Assembly (NCBI GenBank): GCA_965242925.1
Contig: CBDEUM010000014.1
Location: forward strand, 448,001 to 512,000
From: Roseibacillus sp.
GTDB taxonomy: Bacteria; Verrucomicrobiota; Verrucomicrobiia; Verrucomicrobiales; Akkermansiaceae
DNA length: 64,000 bases
Direction of reading: 5' to 3'
A program made the translations under genes and the position numbers. A model generated the notes under the pieces. The model worked only from the letters and a program-made list of their open reading frames with translations, ran no database searches and was not told the origin of the DNA. Position 1 is the stretch's first letter; each line of letters begins with the position of its first letter. Positions 21,456 to 33,400 of this stretch are shown here, one piece after another.

Positions 21456-24134
21456 ATGTCCTTCCCCCCACAGTTCGAGGCTCCCACCCCCGAGGAGCTT
21501 CATGAGCTCCTTCCCTCCTACGATGTCCTGGCTTTCATTGCAAAGGGGGGAATGGGGGCGGTCTACAAGGCGCACCAGAAGTCCCTGGAACGCAATGTGG
21601 CAATCAAGATCCTCCCGCGCGAGTTTGGCGAAGACATGGAGTTTCGCAAACGGTTCGAGGATGAGGCCAAGGCGATGGCCAAGCTGAACCACCCGAACCT
21701 TATCAGCGTCTACGACTTCGGTGAAGTCGACCACATGCTCTATATCGTGATGGAGTTCGTGGACGGCAAGTCCCTCCACCACTCCGCCCACGGCAAGGCC
21801 ATCGAACAAAAAGAGGTCGCCCGTCTGGTGACCGGAATCTGCGAGGGCCTCGCCCACGCCCACGAAGCGGGCATTCTCCACCGTGACATCAAACCCGCCA
21901 ATATCCTCCTGGATGGGAAAAAACGTTCTAAAATCGGAGACTTCGGTCTGGCCCGCTTCGCGGAGGAGAACGAGGGAGAAGGCATCATCTTCGGAACACC
22001 TGACTACACTGCCCCGGAGGTGACCAAGAACCCGGGCGCGGTCGATACCCGGTCCGATATTTTCTCCACCGGCGTCATTCTCTACGAACTCCTCACCGGC
22101 AAGCTCCCCGAGAAGAACTACGTGCCCGCCTCACAAATCGAGGATGTCGACCCACGCTTCGACAAGATCGTGCGCCGGGCCACTCACCCCTCACCCATGC
22201 TGCGCTTTGCGGACGGCGAAGCCATGGCCAAGGACCTGAAAGTGCTGCGTGACGCCCTCGACAAGCAGGTTCCCAGCATCATGGCCACCCCCCCTGCCAA
22301 GGTTGCCGCTCCGCCCCCCGGGCCAACTCCCGTCCCCCCCACCGCTCCCGTTCCTCTCACCGGCCCGGCAACCGGCCCGGCAACCATGGAGACCCCCCCA
22401 GTGGAGCCCGCGAATGCTCCCGCCGCTCCCGAAATCCAGATCAAGATCGGAACCAACTGGGACCTCCTGCGCAACCTTGTCATCATCGTCCTCCTGCTGG
22501 CCGCCATCTACGGGATGTACACCGTCTACCAGCAGCAGAAGAAAAAACTCAAGGACGACAAGTTAGTCCAGCAGCAGCGCGAGAATCAGGTCCAGCAGCA
22601 GGAGATTCAACGTTCGCTCAATGAGAAGAAGGCCCGCGAGAGGCGCGCCGCCCTCGAAGCATCCAAGCCGGAGCCTGCTCCCGTAATCCCGGAACCGGAG
22701 CCGGAAACCCCCATGGAAGCACTCGAGCGCCTGAAGCCTGCGCTCACCGCCGGGGAGCGCACCGATTACCCCCCCGGCACCCTCGTGCGCGGCACCAGCC
22801 ACTTCTTCTTTGTGGAAAACAAGCTCAGCTGGCCGCGGGCAGCCGCCTCCGCAGAAGAATACGGAGGACACCTCGCCACCTGCCTCAACGAGGGCGAACA
22901 GAATTGGCTCGCCTCCAAGACTCCCGGCAACACTACGATCTGGCTCGGGGGAGGCGCCACCGGGCGGACGGCTTGGGGCTGGGTTGACGGTTCGCCCTGG
23001 AACCTGCGTAAACCCTCCATCACCACCGGCAACTCCGCCACTCTGAGCGACCTGGGATCCATCCGCTCCCAGCCCGGTGGCAGGAAGTTCCCCTTCTTCA
23101 TCCAATGGCGCAATGACGGCACCAACCCCGGGAACCTGGAAGCCCAGATCACCCGCCTCAAGGCCACCCTAGAAACTCCCGATCCCATCTACCCTCCAGG
23201 GGTCCTCTCCTTTGAGAGCCGCCGCTATCTCGTGATCGAGAGACCGGCGACCTGGGAGGAGGCCAATACCATGGCCAAGGGCACCCACGGACACCTCGCT
23301 GTTCCCAGTGAACCCTCCGAGGGGGACTACCTCCATCGCCTGATCAGCTCCAACCTCGACGAAAATTCCGGAGCGTGGATCGGGGGGCGGCACAACGGTC
23401 GTTCCTGGACGTGGATCACCGGTGAGCCCTGGACCTTCGCCTCCTGGGCCCCCGATTCTCCCGACGGGACGAAAGAAGTCGATAGTGCCGTGCGGCTGGT
23501 GGCCGGGAAAAACGGAGGATGGGACGATGGGAATCCCCGCGACGACCAAGCGGCCGCGGCCTTTGTCATCGAATGGAGCGAGGACCGTGGCAGCACCAGG
23601 CCGGTGGCCATCACATCCGGGACGGGCGACTGGGCCAACCTGCGCGCAGCGACCCAGAAAAAGATCCAGATCCTCGAAGCCAGGTTCACCGAAAAGCTCC
23701 TGGAGAATGGCAAGAGCCTGAAGTGGGATCTCAACTTCTGGCACCGCGGCCTCCGGGACAACGACAAACGCACCTATGAGCCTGCCGTCAAGGGAGTCAA
23801 GGCGAAGGTAGGTCCCAATGGTTCCATCGCGATCCGGACGAATGAAATCAGCCGACTTCCCCTTCCGCCTCGCGGGCAGGATGTCGTCAGCAGTCACCTG
23901 CAGGCCCAGCAGAAACACAAGGACGATCTGCAAGCCCAGGCCAACTGGATTCGCATGGACTACGTCAAGAGCCTGCAGAGCAAAAAGGATGCCTCTGAGG
24001 ACGGGGGGAAAAGCAATGAAATGAGAGCCCTCCAGAACGAGATCGACGCCTGCGGCGAAAGCGGGCGAATCTTCCTCGAGCACCTTGGCTCCGGCATCCT
24101 CCGCAGCCTGGATTCTCCCAAGCAAGCCCCCTGA
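21456..24134 (+). CDS. Membrane Ser/Thr protein kinase with two C-type-lectin-like ectodomains
   Basis: GGMGAVY, VAIK, HRDIKPAN, DFG, GTPDYTAPE; Pro-rich linker; TM; GGHLA...IWLGG...WGWVDG and WIGG...WTWITGEPW lectin motifs. Confidence 0.9.
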   Translation: MSFPPQFEAPTPEELHELLPSYDVLAFIAKGGMGAVYKAHQKSLERNVAIKILPREFGEDMEFRKRFEDEAKAMAKLNHPNLISVYDFGEVDHMLYIVMEFVDGKSLHHSAHGKAIEQKEVARLVTGICEGLAHAHEAGILHRDIKPANILLDGKKRSKIGDFGLARFAEENEGEGIIFGTPDYTAPEVTKNPGAVDTRSDIFSTGVILYELLTGKLPEKNYVPASQIEDVDPRFDKIVRRATHPSPMLRFADGEAMAKDLKVLRDALDKQVPSIMATPPAKVAAPPPGPTPVPPTAPVPLTGPATGPATMETPPVEPANAPAAPEIQIKIGTNWDLLRNLVIIVLLLAAIYGMYTVYQQQKKKLKDDKLVQQQRENQVQQQEIQRSLNEKKARERRAALEASKPEPAPVIPEPEPETPMEALERLKPALTAGERTDYPPGTLVRGTSHFFFVENKLSWPRAAASAEEYGGHLATCLNEGEQNWLASKTPGNTTIWLGGGATGRTAWGWVDGSPWNLRKPSITTGNSATLSDLGSIRSQPGGRKFPFFIQWRNDGTNPGNLEAQITRLKATLETPDPIYPPGVLSFESRRYLVIERPATWEEANTMAKGTHGHLAVPSEPSEGDYLHRLISSNLDENSGAWIGGRHNGRSWTWITGEPWTFASWAPDSPDGTKEVDSAVRLVAGKNGGWDDGNPRDDQAAAAFVIEWSEDRGSTRPVAITSGTGDWANLRAATQKKIQILEARFTEKLLENGKSLKWDLNFWHRGLRDNDKRTYEPAVKGVKAKVGPNGSIAIRTNEISRLPLPPRGQDVVSSHLQAQQKHKDDLQAQANWIRMDYVKSLQSKKDASEDGGKSNEMRALQNEIDACGESGRIFLEHLGSGILRSLDSPKQAP

Positions 24135-24246
24135 GGCGCAAAAACACCCGGACGCGAACCCGGCCCTCGAAGCCGGGTTCCCGCGCTTGCGCATGCTCGC
24201 AATGAGGGGCATAATGCCGTGTTCATTCCCCTCCCAAGCATCCCCC

Positions 24247-26895
24247 ATGTCCCCTGATCTCGAATTCCGTGCTCCCAGTATCGAGGAGCTGCAGCCGCAC
24301 TTCCCGGCCTACGAGATCACTGCGTTCATCGCCCAGGGAGGAATGGGAGCCGTCTACGCTGCCCGGCAGGTCTCCCTCGATCGCCCGGTCGCAATCAAGA
24401 TTCTGCCGCGCCAGTTCGGCGCGGACCCGCAATTCCGGACCAGTTTCGAGTCGGAAGCCAAATCGATGGCCCGCCTCAACCATCCCAACCTGATTGGGGT
24501 CTACGACTTCGGAGATGCGGATGGGATGCTCTACATCATCATGGAGCTGGTAGAGGGAAAGTCCCTGTTCCATTCCGCCCACGGCAAGACCATCGACCAG
24601 GGGGAAGCGGCCCAGCTGGTGGCCGGCATTTCGCACGGACTGGCTCATGCTCACCAGCACGGCATCCTGCACCGTGACATCAAACCCGGCAATATCCTCC
24701 TCGGCCCGGAAGCCGTCCCGAAGATCGGGGACTTTGGATTGGCCCGCCCGGTGGGCGAAGGGCATAACCCGGATGAAATCGTGTGGGGAACCCCCGGCTA
24801 CAGCGCGCCGGAAGTGGTCAACAATCCCGGCGAGGTTGACCAGCGGGCGGATATCTTTGCGGTGGGCGTTCTCCTCTACGAACTGCTCACCGCCCAGGTT
24901 CCCACCGAGCCCTGGCAACCACCATCGGTGGTAGTCCAGTGCCGCCCGGAGTTCGACGCGATCATCCGCCGAGCGACGCATCCCTCCCGGGACATGCGCT
25001 ATGCGGACGCCGAGAAACTGGCCAAAGAACTCGATCAGCTTGGCGAAAAGATCAAGAAGCCGGCCCTGCGCCGCCCCAAGGCTCCCCCGCCCTCCACTCC
25101 CAGGCCGGGCATCTCCCCGATTGGCGTGCGCCCCACCACCCCGGCCCTCGCCCCCCCCGCGGCGACGTCTCAATCGATCCCGGTAGTCGGCATCCTCGTT
25201 GTCCTGGGTGTTCTCGGAGTGATCGGGTTCATCCTGCTTGGCTCCGGCAAGGGAAAGGACCGCAATGAGATGACCAGGCCCCTCGAGCAACCCCTCTCCC
25301 AGCCCAAGCCGAAGCCCTCCACCGTCAGGGAAACTCCGCAGAAAAAGAAGGAACCCCCTGCTCCCAAGCCCGCAGATCCGGAGCCTCCCAAGCCTGAATC
25401 CGTCGAAAGCACCAGCCAGGCCCTTGCCCGGCTCAAGGCCAGGCTGAAGGCGGGTGATTTGTCCGAGCTTCCCAAGGGAACCGCCAAGCGGGGGGATTCG
25501 CATTTTCTTCTCGTGACCGAGGCTCTCCCCTGGCAAGCGGCCTCGCACTTCGCAGAGGGCCACGGAGCGCAGCTGGCGGCCTTGCCGACCAAGGACGATC
25601 TCTCCTGGGCCGTTTCCGAGCTGAAAATCGGCAGCCCTGCTTGGATTGGTCTCTCGGACTCCGGGATGGAGGGAAAGTGGTACTGGGTCGATGGAGGGGC
25701 TCCCGGACAGGATCTCTGGGCGGCGGGCCAGCCCGACGAAAGCAACTCCACCGACGGCGGCCAGGACTACGCCGCGCTCCTTCCCGACCACTCGCTGGAC
25801 GACTTTGCCGCTTCGCGCAATCTCCCCTTCCTGCTGCAGTGGAGTAAGGGAGGCAATGAAGGGTCAATTGCCCGGCAACTTGAGCGGGTCGCCGCCTCCC
25901 TCAAGGCCAAGCAACCCGTCTTTCCTTCCGGAACGCAGAACATCAACGGTTCGCGCTTTCTGGTGGTTCCCGAATCAGCCTCCTGGGGGGATTCCCACAA
26001 TATGGCCCTGGCCGCCGGGGGACACCTCGCGGTTCCCTCCAACAACGCGGAAGCGACCTGGATCATCGAATTCATGCAGAAGTTACTGGGAGAAGGGGAC
26101 GGTTGCTGGATCGGAGGCAGCCAGAAGGGCGTAGCCACCCCCATCTGGACCTTCGTGACGGGCGAACGTTTCGATTTCGTTGCCTGGGCACCCGGGCAGC
26201 CCGGCGAGGGAACCGACTCCCGGAAATCCCTGCAACTCTGGCGGGGGGAAGACCGTGAGTTCGGCTACCGGAACGTGACGGGAGAGCCCATGGAGGCCAG
26301 TTACTTTCTCGTGGAATGGTCGGCTCCCTCCCGACGGAACATGCCGGGGGCCGGGGAAAAGAACCGGCCGGCTGGAGTCGAGGACTGGCTGGTCAAATTG
26401 CGCCAGCTCTTTCGCGACCAGGAAGAGGCTTCCCATGACCGCTGGAAGCGGCGCCACGACAAGAACCTCAAGGATTTTATCGACGAAATGGAAAGCGAGA
26501 CGAGCTCAGCCCGCCGCTTCAGCCGGGAGGCGGAGAGATTCATTGATGGCATCACCGACGGGATGAAGGAGAAAGGTGAGCTTCCCGCTGCCCTTGACTT
26601 GCCCAGATGGGTCAGAGGCGACCTCGAAAAGGAACACGAGAAGGCTCTCGACAAGCAGAATAAGATCTGGGCCGAATACGAAGCTGATTTTGAAAGCGCC
26701 CAGGAGCGCTACCGTGCCCAGGTCGGCAAAGAGGCCCGGCGCCGCCAGGCACAGGGAGACCGTGAGGGAGCGGCTTACCTCACCCGCGAGGTCACTGCGG
26801 CCGCCGAGAAGGCCTACTTTCTCGCCATTCTTGGCCGCGAATTCCCCGAAGTTCCTGAAGGGCTGGAGAAGGACCCGGGCGACGACGATCGGTGA
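24247..26895 (+). CDS. Second membrane Ser/Thr protein kinase with two C-type-lectin-like ectodomains (tandem paralog)
   Basis: Same architecture; HRDIKPGN, GTPGYSAPE; WIGLSD...WYWVDG...WAAGQPD. Confidence 0.9.
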   Translation: MSPDLEFRAPSIEELQPHFPAYEITAFIAQGGMGAVYAARQVSLDRPVAIKILPRQFGADPQFRTSFESEAKSMARLNHPNLIGVYDFGDADGMLYIIMELVEGKSLFHSAHGKTIDQGEAAQLVAGISHGLAHAHQHGILHRDIKPGNILLGPEAVPKIGDFGLARPVGEGHNPDEIVWGTPGYSAPEVVNNPGEVDQRADIFAVGVLLYELLTAQVPTEPWQPPSVVVQCRPEFDAIIRRATHPSRDMRYADAEKLAKELDQLGEKIKKPALRRPKAPPPSTPRPGISPIGVRPTTPALAPPAATSQSIPVVGILVVLGVLGVIGFILLGSGKGKDRNEMTRPLEQPLSQPKPKPSTVRETPQKKKEPPAPKPADPEPPKPESVESTSQALARLKARLKAGDLSELPKGTAKRGDSHFLLVTEALPWQAASHFAEGHGAQLAALPTKDDLSWAVSELKIGSPAWIGLSDSGMEGKWYWVDGGAPGQDLWAAGQPDESNSTDGGQDYAALLPDHSLDDFAASRNLPFLLQWSKGGNEGSIARQLERVAASLKAKQPVFPSGTQNINGSRFLVVPESASWGDSHNMALAAGGHLAVPSNNAEATWIIEFMQKLLGEGDGCWIGGSQKGVATPIWTFVTGERFDFVAWAPGQPGEGTDSRKSLQLWRGEDREFGYRNVTGEPMEASYFLVEWSAPSRRNMPGAGEKNRPAGVEDWLVKLRQLFRDQEEASHDRWKRRHDKNLKDFIDEMESETSSARRFSREAERFIDGITDGMKEKGELPAALDLPRWVRGDLEKEHEKALDKQNKIWAEYEADFESAQERYRAQVGKEARRRQAQGDREGAAYLTREVTAAAEKAYFLAILGREFPEVPEGLEKDPGDDDR

Positions 26896-27031
26896 GGCTG
26901 CCGATCCGCTCGCCGAGCGCCGCCAGAAGGAGGTGATCGATCCCTCTTCTCGTTCCCCGCCGGGGGCGATCTGGATTGCCGCAAGGCCAATGGACTGGCC
27001 AAGAGCTCTCCCAGCTCCCTAAGCTAACCCC

Positions 27032-30000
27032 GTGCCCCCTGCCAAGAAACGCACCGCTGCTTCTCCACATCGCCGCCGGACTGGGCCCCGGAAGGGGAAC
27101 CAGAAGGAGATGATCGTCGTCCGGGGCGCACGACAGAACAATCTCAAGGGGCTCGACCTCGATATCCCCCTCGGCAAGCTTACGGTGGTGACCGGACCTT
27201 CCGGCTCCGGCAAATCCTCCCTCGCCTTCCAGACCCTCTACGCGGAAGGCCAGCGACGCTACGTGGAGACCTTTTCCCCCTACGTCCGCCAGTTCTTCGA
27301 CCGCATGGACAAACCCGCGGTCGATCGCATCGAAGGCATCCCCCCCGCCATCGCCATCGAGCAGAAGAACAACGTGCGGACCACCCGCTCGACGGTAGGC
27401 ACCATCACCGAGATCAATGACTACCTCAAGCTGCTCTATGCGCGCTGTGCCCATGCCATAGACCCCTCCAACGGCGATCTCATCCGGCCCGACACCAGCG
27501 ACTCGATCTCGGCGTGGTGTTTCGAGAATCTTTCCGGCCGGCAGGCCCTGGTCCTCTTCCCTGTTCCCGTCCCCCCCGGGACCGAGCTGGAAGAGTTCTT
27601 CGTCTTCCTTCAGCAGCAGGGATACCTCCGCATCCACCTCAACGGCCGGGTGATCCGGACAGACACTCCGGAGGAGGCGGGATTTGCCCTCCTTCCTCCC
27701 CAGGTGCAGGTCATCCAGGATCGCATCAGGATCAGCAAGGGCAACCGGCAACGCCTCCTGGAGGCACTTGAGCGCTCCCTCGATCTGGGCAGAGGCGCCT
27801 GCAGCATCGCCGACTCGGAGAAAGGGAACCACCCCCATCCCTTCTCCACCAACTGGGCCAACCCCGTCACCGGGTTCACCGCCCGCCCTCCCACCCCTTC
27901 CCTCTTCACTTTCAATAACCCGGTGGGGGCCTGTCCTGATTGTCGCGGCTTCGGACGCGTCATCGGCATTGACCTCGCCAAGGCCATTCCCGATCGCCAC
28001 CGTTCCATTCACGAAGGCTGCGTGAAGCCTTTCCAGAGCGAGCGCGGGGAAGAGTGCCAGCGTGACCTTGAGCTGCACGGCGCGCGACGTGGCCTCGATC
28101 TTGACTGCCCCTTCTCCGACCTGAGGGAGGAGGAACAGAACTGGGTTCTCTACGGAGAGCGCGACAACCCGGAGGATGCATGGGAAAGCGACGAATGGTA
28201 TGGGGTGAAGGGATTCTTCGAGTGGATGGAGGGCCGTGCCTACAAAATGCATGTCCGTGTCTTTCTGAGCCGCTACCGCTCTTATACGACCTGTGGCAGC
28301 TGCCGTGGGGCACGCCTGCAACCCGAGGCCCTCTGCTTCCAGATCGACGGCTGCACCCTTCCCGATCTCTGGCGACATCCGGTCGCCCATCTTCACGAAT
28401 GGGTCCTTGAGCTGCCCCACGGGATTCACGGTCGAAGTTCCAGCACCGACCGGACGATCAATCTCATCCTCTCCGAAATCACCAACCGTCTGCGCTACCT
28501 CTGTGAAGTTGGACTCGGTTACCTTACCCTTGACCGTGCTACCCGCACGCTCTCCGGCGGCGAGATTGAGCGGGTTAATCTCACCAGCTGCCTCGGCGCG
28601 TCGCTCACCAATACTCTCTTTGTCCTCGACGAACCGACGGTCGGGCTGCACGCCCGCGACATCGGGGCGCTCGTCTCCGTCATGCAGGGCCTGCGCGACA
28701 AGGGCAATACTCTCCTGGTGGTCGAACATGAGGAAGCCGTCATGCGGGCCGCCGATCACCTGCTTGATCTCGGTCCGGGTGCGGGTGAACACGGAGGGGA
28801 AATCGTGGCCGCTCTCACGAGACGCCAGGCCTTCCATTCCGGGGCTCTCAAGACCTGCCCGCGGAGTTCCACCCTTCCCTACCTGCTGGGCCGGCAGTCA
28901 ATCCCCGTTCCTTCCGACCGTCGCACCCCCTCCGGTTACCTCAGGATCCGGGGTGCGTCCCGTCACAATCTCCTCAAGCTGAATGCCGACATCCCGCTCG
29001 GGGTCTTCGCCTGCGTGACAGGGGTCTCCGGCTCGGGCAAGTCGACCCTGGTCCACGATGTTCTCTATCAGAATCTGGCGGCGGTCCTCCACCTCGAGAG
29101 CCAGGACGAACCGGCACCCCTGCGCTCCCTTACCGGAACCGAGCAACTCGCGGCTGTAAAAATTGTGGACCAGAGTCCGCTTTCCCGCACGCCGCGCTCT
29201 ACCCCTGTCGTCTACCTGGGCGCCTTCGACCTCGTGCGGCAACTCTTCGCCGGGAGCCCCGATGGCCTGCTCGCCGCGGCAAAGCCGGGATACTTCTCCT
29301 TCAACTCCGGCGCAGGCCGCTGTGAGCGCTGCGGGGGCAACGGATTTGAGAAGGTCGAAATGCAGTTCCTCTCCGATCTTTATCTCACCTGCCCCGAATG
29401 CAGCGGTTCACGCTACAACCAATCCGCTCTCGGGATTCGCTTCGAAGACAAGACCATCGCGGAGGTCCTTTCCTTCACCGTGACGGAAGCGCTGTGTTTC
29501 TTTGGCCGGGGAGCGGCGGAGACTGCCAGGCGTGCGACCACCACCGAGGCCAGACTCAAGACCAGGATCCTTTCCGCCCTGCGACCACTTGAGGATCTTG
29601 GCCTCGGCTACCTTCGCCTTGGACAACCCCTCAACACCCTCTCCGGCGGGGAGGCCCAGCGACTCAAACTGTGCACCATCCTCATGCAGGCCCTCTCCCG
29701 CCGGGAGACGCAGGCCGAGCTTCTCATCCTCGACGAGCCCACCACCGGTCTGCACTTCGGTGACATCGAAAAACTCCTCGCCGTCTTCCAGCGCCTGGTC
29801 GACGCCGGCCATTCACTCCTTGTCATCGAGCACAACCTGGACGTCATCAAATGTGCCGATTACCTGATCGACGTCGGTCCTGGTGCCGGCGCAGACGGAG
29901 GAAGAATCATCGGCACCGGGACCCCCGAGGAGATCGTCACAACAGACACCGAGACGGCCCGCTACCTCGCCCCTCTCCTCAATCCCAACGACGTGAGCAT

Positions 30001-32662
30001 CCCCGGGCCGCCCGCCGGCAACCAGCTGGACGAGCACCCTTCCAGACTCGGGACGAGCATCGGAAATGCCATCCAGATTTCCGGTGCCCGCGAACACAAT
30101 CTGAAGAACATTGAAGTGACCATCCCCCGCGACAAGTTCGTGGTCGTCACCGGACTGAGTGGGAGTGGCAAGTCCACCCTGGCCTTTGACATCATCTTCG
30201 CCGAGGGACAACGGCGCTTCCTCGATTCGATGTCGCCCTACGCACGACAGTTCGCTGAGCAGCTGGAAAAGCCCGATATCGACCGCATTTCCGGCCTCCC
30301 GCCCACAGTTGCGATCGAGCAACGCATCTCACAGGGGGGCGGCAAGTCGACCGTCGCCACCGTTACGGAGGTCTACCACTTCCTGCGCCTGCTCTATGCC
30401 AAGCTGGGAACGCAGCACTGCCCCGAGTCCGGGGAGCCGGTGGTGCCGCAAACCGAGGACGCCATCGTGAACGTTATCCGGGGCCAGGTGAAGAAGGGTC
30501 CGATAGACATCCTCGCCCCCGTGGTCCGCGGCCGGAAGGGATTCCACACCGAGGTAGCCGCCTGGGCCGGACGCCAGGGCTACACCCGCCTTCTGGTCGA
30601 CAACCAGTGGAAGGAGGTAGAGGGCTTCCAGCGGTTGGAGCGCTTCAAGGAACACGATATCGATGTCCTCGTTCTCCACCTTTCAAAATCCACCATTCGG
30701 CTCTCGGGCCTCCGCGAAGCAGTGGCCAGGGCCCTGCAACTGGGAAAGGGCACCCTGCGGGTGCTCGATAGTGACAAGCACCTGTCCCCCTTCTCCAGGG
30801 CGCGGGTCAGTCCAGTCACCGGCCGTTCCTTCGAGGCTCCTGATCCTGCCCATTTTTCATTCAATTCACCCCGGGGCTGGTGCAGAACCTGCCGGGGCCA
30901 CGGAGAGACCGGCGGAACCCGCCACCGTTTCGACCGCCGGAACAACAAGCCCTACAACTCCGTCACGGAGGCTGAACTCGAGTTCGATCGCAAACTCGAC
31001 CGCGCGGACGAGGAGGAGCTCGTGATCTGTCCTGACTGCGGGGGCGCCCGACTCAATGAAGTGTCCCGGTCCATTCGAATCCAGGGCCGGGCCATTCAGG
31101 ATATCACTCTCCTTCCGGTAACGAAGGCCGCCGCCACGGTGCAGGATTTCAGGTTCACCGGACGGGAAGCCACCATCGCCCGCGACATTCTCCCCGAAAT
31201 CGCTCAACGCCTCCACTTCCTGGAAGAGGTGGGACTGGGCTACCTGCAGCTGGACCGCTCGGCCAAAACTCTCTCAGGCGGCGAGGCTCAGCGCATCCGT
31301 CTGGCCGCCCAGCTCGGATCCAATCTGCGGGGCGTTCTCTACGTTCTCGACGAACCCACCATTGGCCTGCACCCCCGCGACAACGACAAGCTCCTCAACA
31401 CCCTGGAAGCCCTCCGCGGCAAGGGGAATTCCCTCCTCGTGGTGGAGCATGACGATGAGACGATGGCGCGGGCCGACCATATCATCGACCTCGGCCCCGG
31501 AGCTGGACGACACGGCGGCGAGGTAATCGCTTCCGGACCGCTGGGGAAACTCAGGAAACTCAGGAAGTCCATTACCGGGCAAGCGCTGGCTCATCCCCTG
31601 GTCCATCCCGTCCGCGGGCAACGCCGCCCCCTCCCCAAGGCCGCCGCCAGGACGGGTTGGCTGCGAGTGAAGGGCTGCGCCCTCAACAACCTCAAAAACA
31701 TCGAAGTCCGAATTCCTCTCCAGCGCCTGACTGTCATCACCGGCATCTCAGGGTGCGGGAAATCCTCCCTCATGCGCGGCACGATCGCGGAGCTCTTCAA
31801 GCGCGGGGCCGAAAAAACCTGGAAGACCGCCTCCGGAGTCAAATCGATCCGGCACTGCTACGAGGTGGACCAATCACCCATTGGCAAGACCTCCCGCTCC
31901 TGCCCCGCCACCTACGTCAAGATCTTCGATGACATCCGCAAGCTCTTCGCCCAACTGCCGGAGGCGCGCCTGCGAGGATTCGAGGCCTCGCGTTTTTCCT
32001 TCAACAACTCGAGCGGACAATGCCCCGAGTGCAGGGGGAACGGCCGCATCAAGCTCGAGATGGACTTTCTCCCCTCCACCTGGACCCACTGCGATGGTTG
32101 CAACGGAAAACGCTACAATCCCGCCACTCTCGAGATTCGCTACAACGGTCGATCCATTGGAGACGTCCTGGCCATGACCATCGACGAGGCGGCGGAGTTT
32201 TTCTCCGCCCACGGCAAACTGCACCGCACGCTCTCCCTCCTGAAGGACACCGGTCTGGGCTACCTCCAGATCGGTCAGCCCAGTCCCACGCTCTCCGGTG
32301 GCGAAGCGCAGCGCATCAAACTCGTCACCGAACTCACCCGCGGACGCATCAGCAGGACTGCGGTAAAGACGAGGAAACCGCAGGCCAACCTCTACCTCAT
32401 CGAAGAGCCCTCCATCGGTCTCCACCTGGAGGATGTCAAGAAGCTCATTGACGTGCTCCACCGTCTGGTGGACGAGGGGCACACCGTGGTGGTGGTGGAG
32501 CACCACACCGGCATCATGGCGGAAGCGGACAACATGATCGACATGGGCCCGGAGGCAGGCGATGCAGGTGGCCGCATTGTGGCCCAGGGCCCCCCCGAGA
32601 AGATCCTCACGTCAAAGGTTTCACGCACCGCTCCCTTCCTTCGGAGTGCGCTGAAGTCCTGA
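27032..32662 (+). CDS. uvrA: Excinuclease ABC subunit A, double-length (two fused UvrA units)
   Basis: Four Walker A motifs ([32 protein letters not shown]), LSGGE signatures, Zn fingers; 1876 aa. Confidence 0.95.
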   Translation: MPPAKKRTAASPHRRRTGPRKGNQKEMIVVRGARQNNLKGLDLDIPLGKLTVVTGPSGSGKSSLAFQTLYAEGQRRYVETFSPYVRQFFDRMDKPAVDRIEGIPPAIAIEQKNNVRTTRSTVGTITEINDYLKLLYARCAHAIDPSNGDLIRPDTSDSISAWCFENLSGRQALVLFPVPVPPGTELEEFFVFLQQQGYLRIHLNGRVIRTDTPEEAGFALLPPQVQVIQDRIRISKGNRQRLLEALERSLDLGRGACSIADSEKGNHPHPFSTNWANPVTGFTARPPTPSLFTFNNPVGACPDCRGFGRVIGIDLAKAIPDRHRSIHEGCVKPFQSERGEECQRDLELHGARRGLDLDCPFSDLREEEQNWVLYGERDNPEDAWESDEWYGVKGFFEWMEGRAYKMHVRVFLSRYRSYTTCGSCRGARLQPEALCFQIDGCTLPDLWRHPVAHLHEWVLELPHGIHGRSSSTDRTINLILSEITNRLRYLCEVGLGYLTLDRATRTLSGGEIERVNLTSCLGASLTNTLFVLDEPTVGLHARDIGALVSVMQGLRDKGNTLLVVEHEEAVMRAADHLLDLGPGAGEHGGEIVAALTRRQAFHSGALKTCPRSSTLPYLLGRQSIPVPSDRRTPSGYLRIRGASRHNLLKLNADIPLGVFACVTGVSGSGKSTLVHDVLYQNLAAVLHLESQDEPAPLRSLTGTEQLAAVKIVDQSPLSRTPRSTPVVYLGAFDLVRQLFAGSPDGLLAAAKPGYFSFNSGAGRCERCGGNGFEKVEMQFLSDLYLTCPECSGSRYNQSALGIRFEDKTIAEVLSFTVTEALCFFGRGAAETARRATTTEARLKTRILSALRPLEDLGLGYLRLGQPLNTLSGGEAQRLKLCTILMQALSRRETQAELLILDEPTTGLHFGDIEKLLAVFQRLVDAGHSLLVIEHNLDVIKCADYLIDVGPGAGADGGRIIGTGTPEEIVTTDTETARYLAPLLNPNDVSIPGPPAGNQLDEHPSRLGTSIGNAIQISGAREHNLKNIEVTIPRDKFVVVTGLSGSGKSTLAFDIIFAEGQRRFLDSMSPYARQFAEQLEKPDIDRISGLPPTVAIEQRISQGGGKSTVATVTEVYHFLRLLYAKLGTQHCPESGEPVVPQTEDAIVNVIRGQVKKGPIDILAPVVRGRKGFHTEVAAWAGRQGYTRLLVDNQWKEVEGFQRLERFKEHDIDVLVLHLSKSTIRLSGLREAVARALQLGKGTLRVLDSDKHLSPFSRARVSPVTGRSFEAPDPAHFSFNSPRGWCRTCRGHGETGGTRHRFDRRNNKPYNSVTEAELEFDRKLDRADEEELVICPDCGGARLNEVSRSIRIQGRAIQDITLLPVTKAAATVQDFRFTGREATIARDILPEIAQRLHFLEEVGLGYLQLDRSAKTLSGGEAQRIRLAAQLGSNLRGVLYVLDEPTIGLHPRDNDKLLNTLEALRGKGNSLLVVEHDDETMARADHIIDLGPGAGRHGGEVIASGPLGKLRKLRKSITGQALAHPLVHPVRGQRRPLPKAAARTGWLRVKGCALNNLKNIEVRIPLQRLTVITGISGCGKSSLMRGTIAELFKRGAEKTWKTASGVKSIRHCYEVDQSPIGKTSRSCPATYVKIFDDIRKLFAQLPEARLRGFEASRFSFNNSSGQCPECRGNGRIKLEMDFLPSTWTHCDGCNGKRYNPATLEIRYNGRSIGDVLAMTIDEAAEFFSAHGKLHRTLSLLKDTGLGYLQIGQPSPTLSGGEAQRIKLVTELTRGRISRTAVKTRKPQANLYLIEEPSIGLHLEDVKKLIDVLHRLVDEGHTVVVVEHHTGIMAEADNMIDMGPEAGDAGGRIVAQGPPEKILTSKVSRTAPFLRSALKS

Positions 32663-32799
32663 CCCTTTCCGCCAGCAGGATCAACTCATCTCATCAGATG
32701 AGGTCACCGACTTATCTTCTCCCCTCATCGGATGGCTTCGCTTCCCTCCCTGAAAGATTTACTTGCGCCCAGCGCATCACAGCCCATCTTCCCGCGGAC

Positions 32800-33267
32800 A
32801 TGAAAAAGTTCCTCCTTCCGCTGACTGCTGTAGCCTTGGCCACTGGTCTCACTCTTGCCGAGGAAAAGGCCGATCCCGCAAAGGCTGACGTCAAGGTCAC
32901 GATCACTGGCAATGACCTCATGAAGTACGACAAGACCGAGATCGAGGCCAAGACCGGACAGACCGTCGCCATCACCCTCAAGAATATCGGAGCCCTTCCC
33001 AAGGAGGCCATGGGCCACAACGTGGTGATCCTCAAACCCGGAACCGACATCATAAAGTTCGCCATCGGCGGCATCGCCAACAAGGCAGGTGGCTATCTTC
33101 CCACCGACGCTTCCCTCGCTGCCCAAATCATCGCCAACACCAAGATCCTCGGCCCCAAGGAAGAAGAAACCATCGTCTTCAAGGCTGACGCAGCCGGGGA
33201 CTATCCCTACCTGTGCACCTTTCCCGGACACTTCGGAGTCATGAAGGGAGTGATCAAGGTCAAGTAG
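32800..33267 (+). CDS. Azurin/plastocyanin-family blue copper protein
   Basis: Signal peptide; type-1 copper ligands MGHN and YLCTFPGHFGVM. Confidence 0.92.
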   Translation: MKKFLLPLTAVALATGLTLAEEKADPAKADVKVTITGNDLMKYDKTEIEAKTGQTVAITLKNIGALPKEAMGHNVVILKPGTDIIKFAIGGIANKAGGYLPTDASLAAQIIANTKILGPKEEETIVFKADAAGDYPYLCTFPGHFGVMKGVIKVK

Positions 33268-33287
33268 GCCTCTCTTTCCTGAAAAAC

Positions 33288-33315
33288 AAAGGCTACGCTT
33301 CCGCGTAGCCTTTTT
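33288..33315. terminator. Intrinsic terminator
   Basis: AAAGGCTACGC-TTCC-GCGTAGCCTTTTT downstream of the azurin gene. Confidence 0.8.
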
Positions 33316-33400
33316 GCTGCCATCTGGACCGGCCCTTTCAACCCCTCCACCACTTCCCGCAGTTAACGGGCACAGGCCTCCTCGCCCATATCGAATTTTC

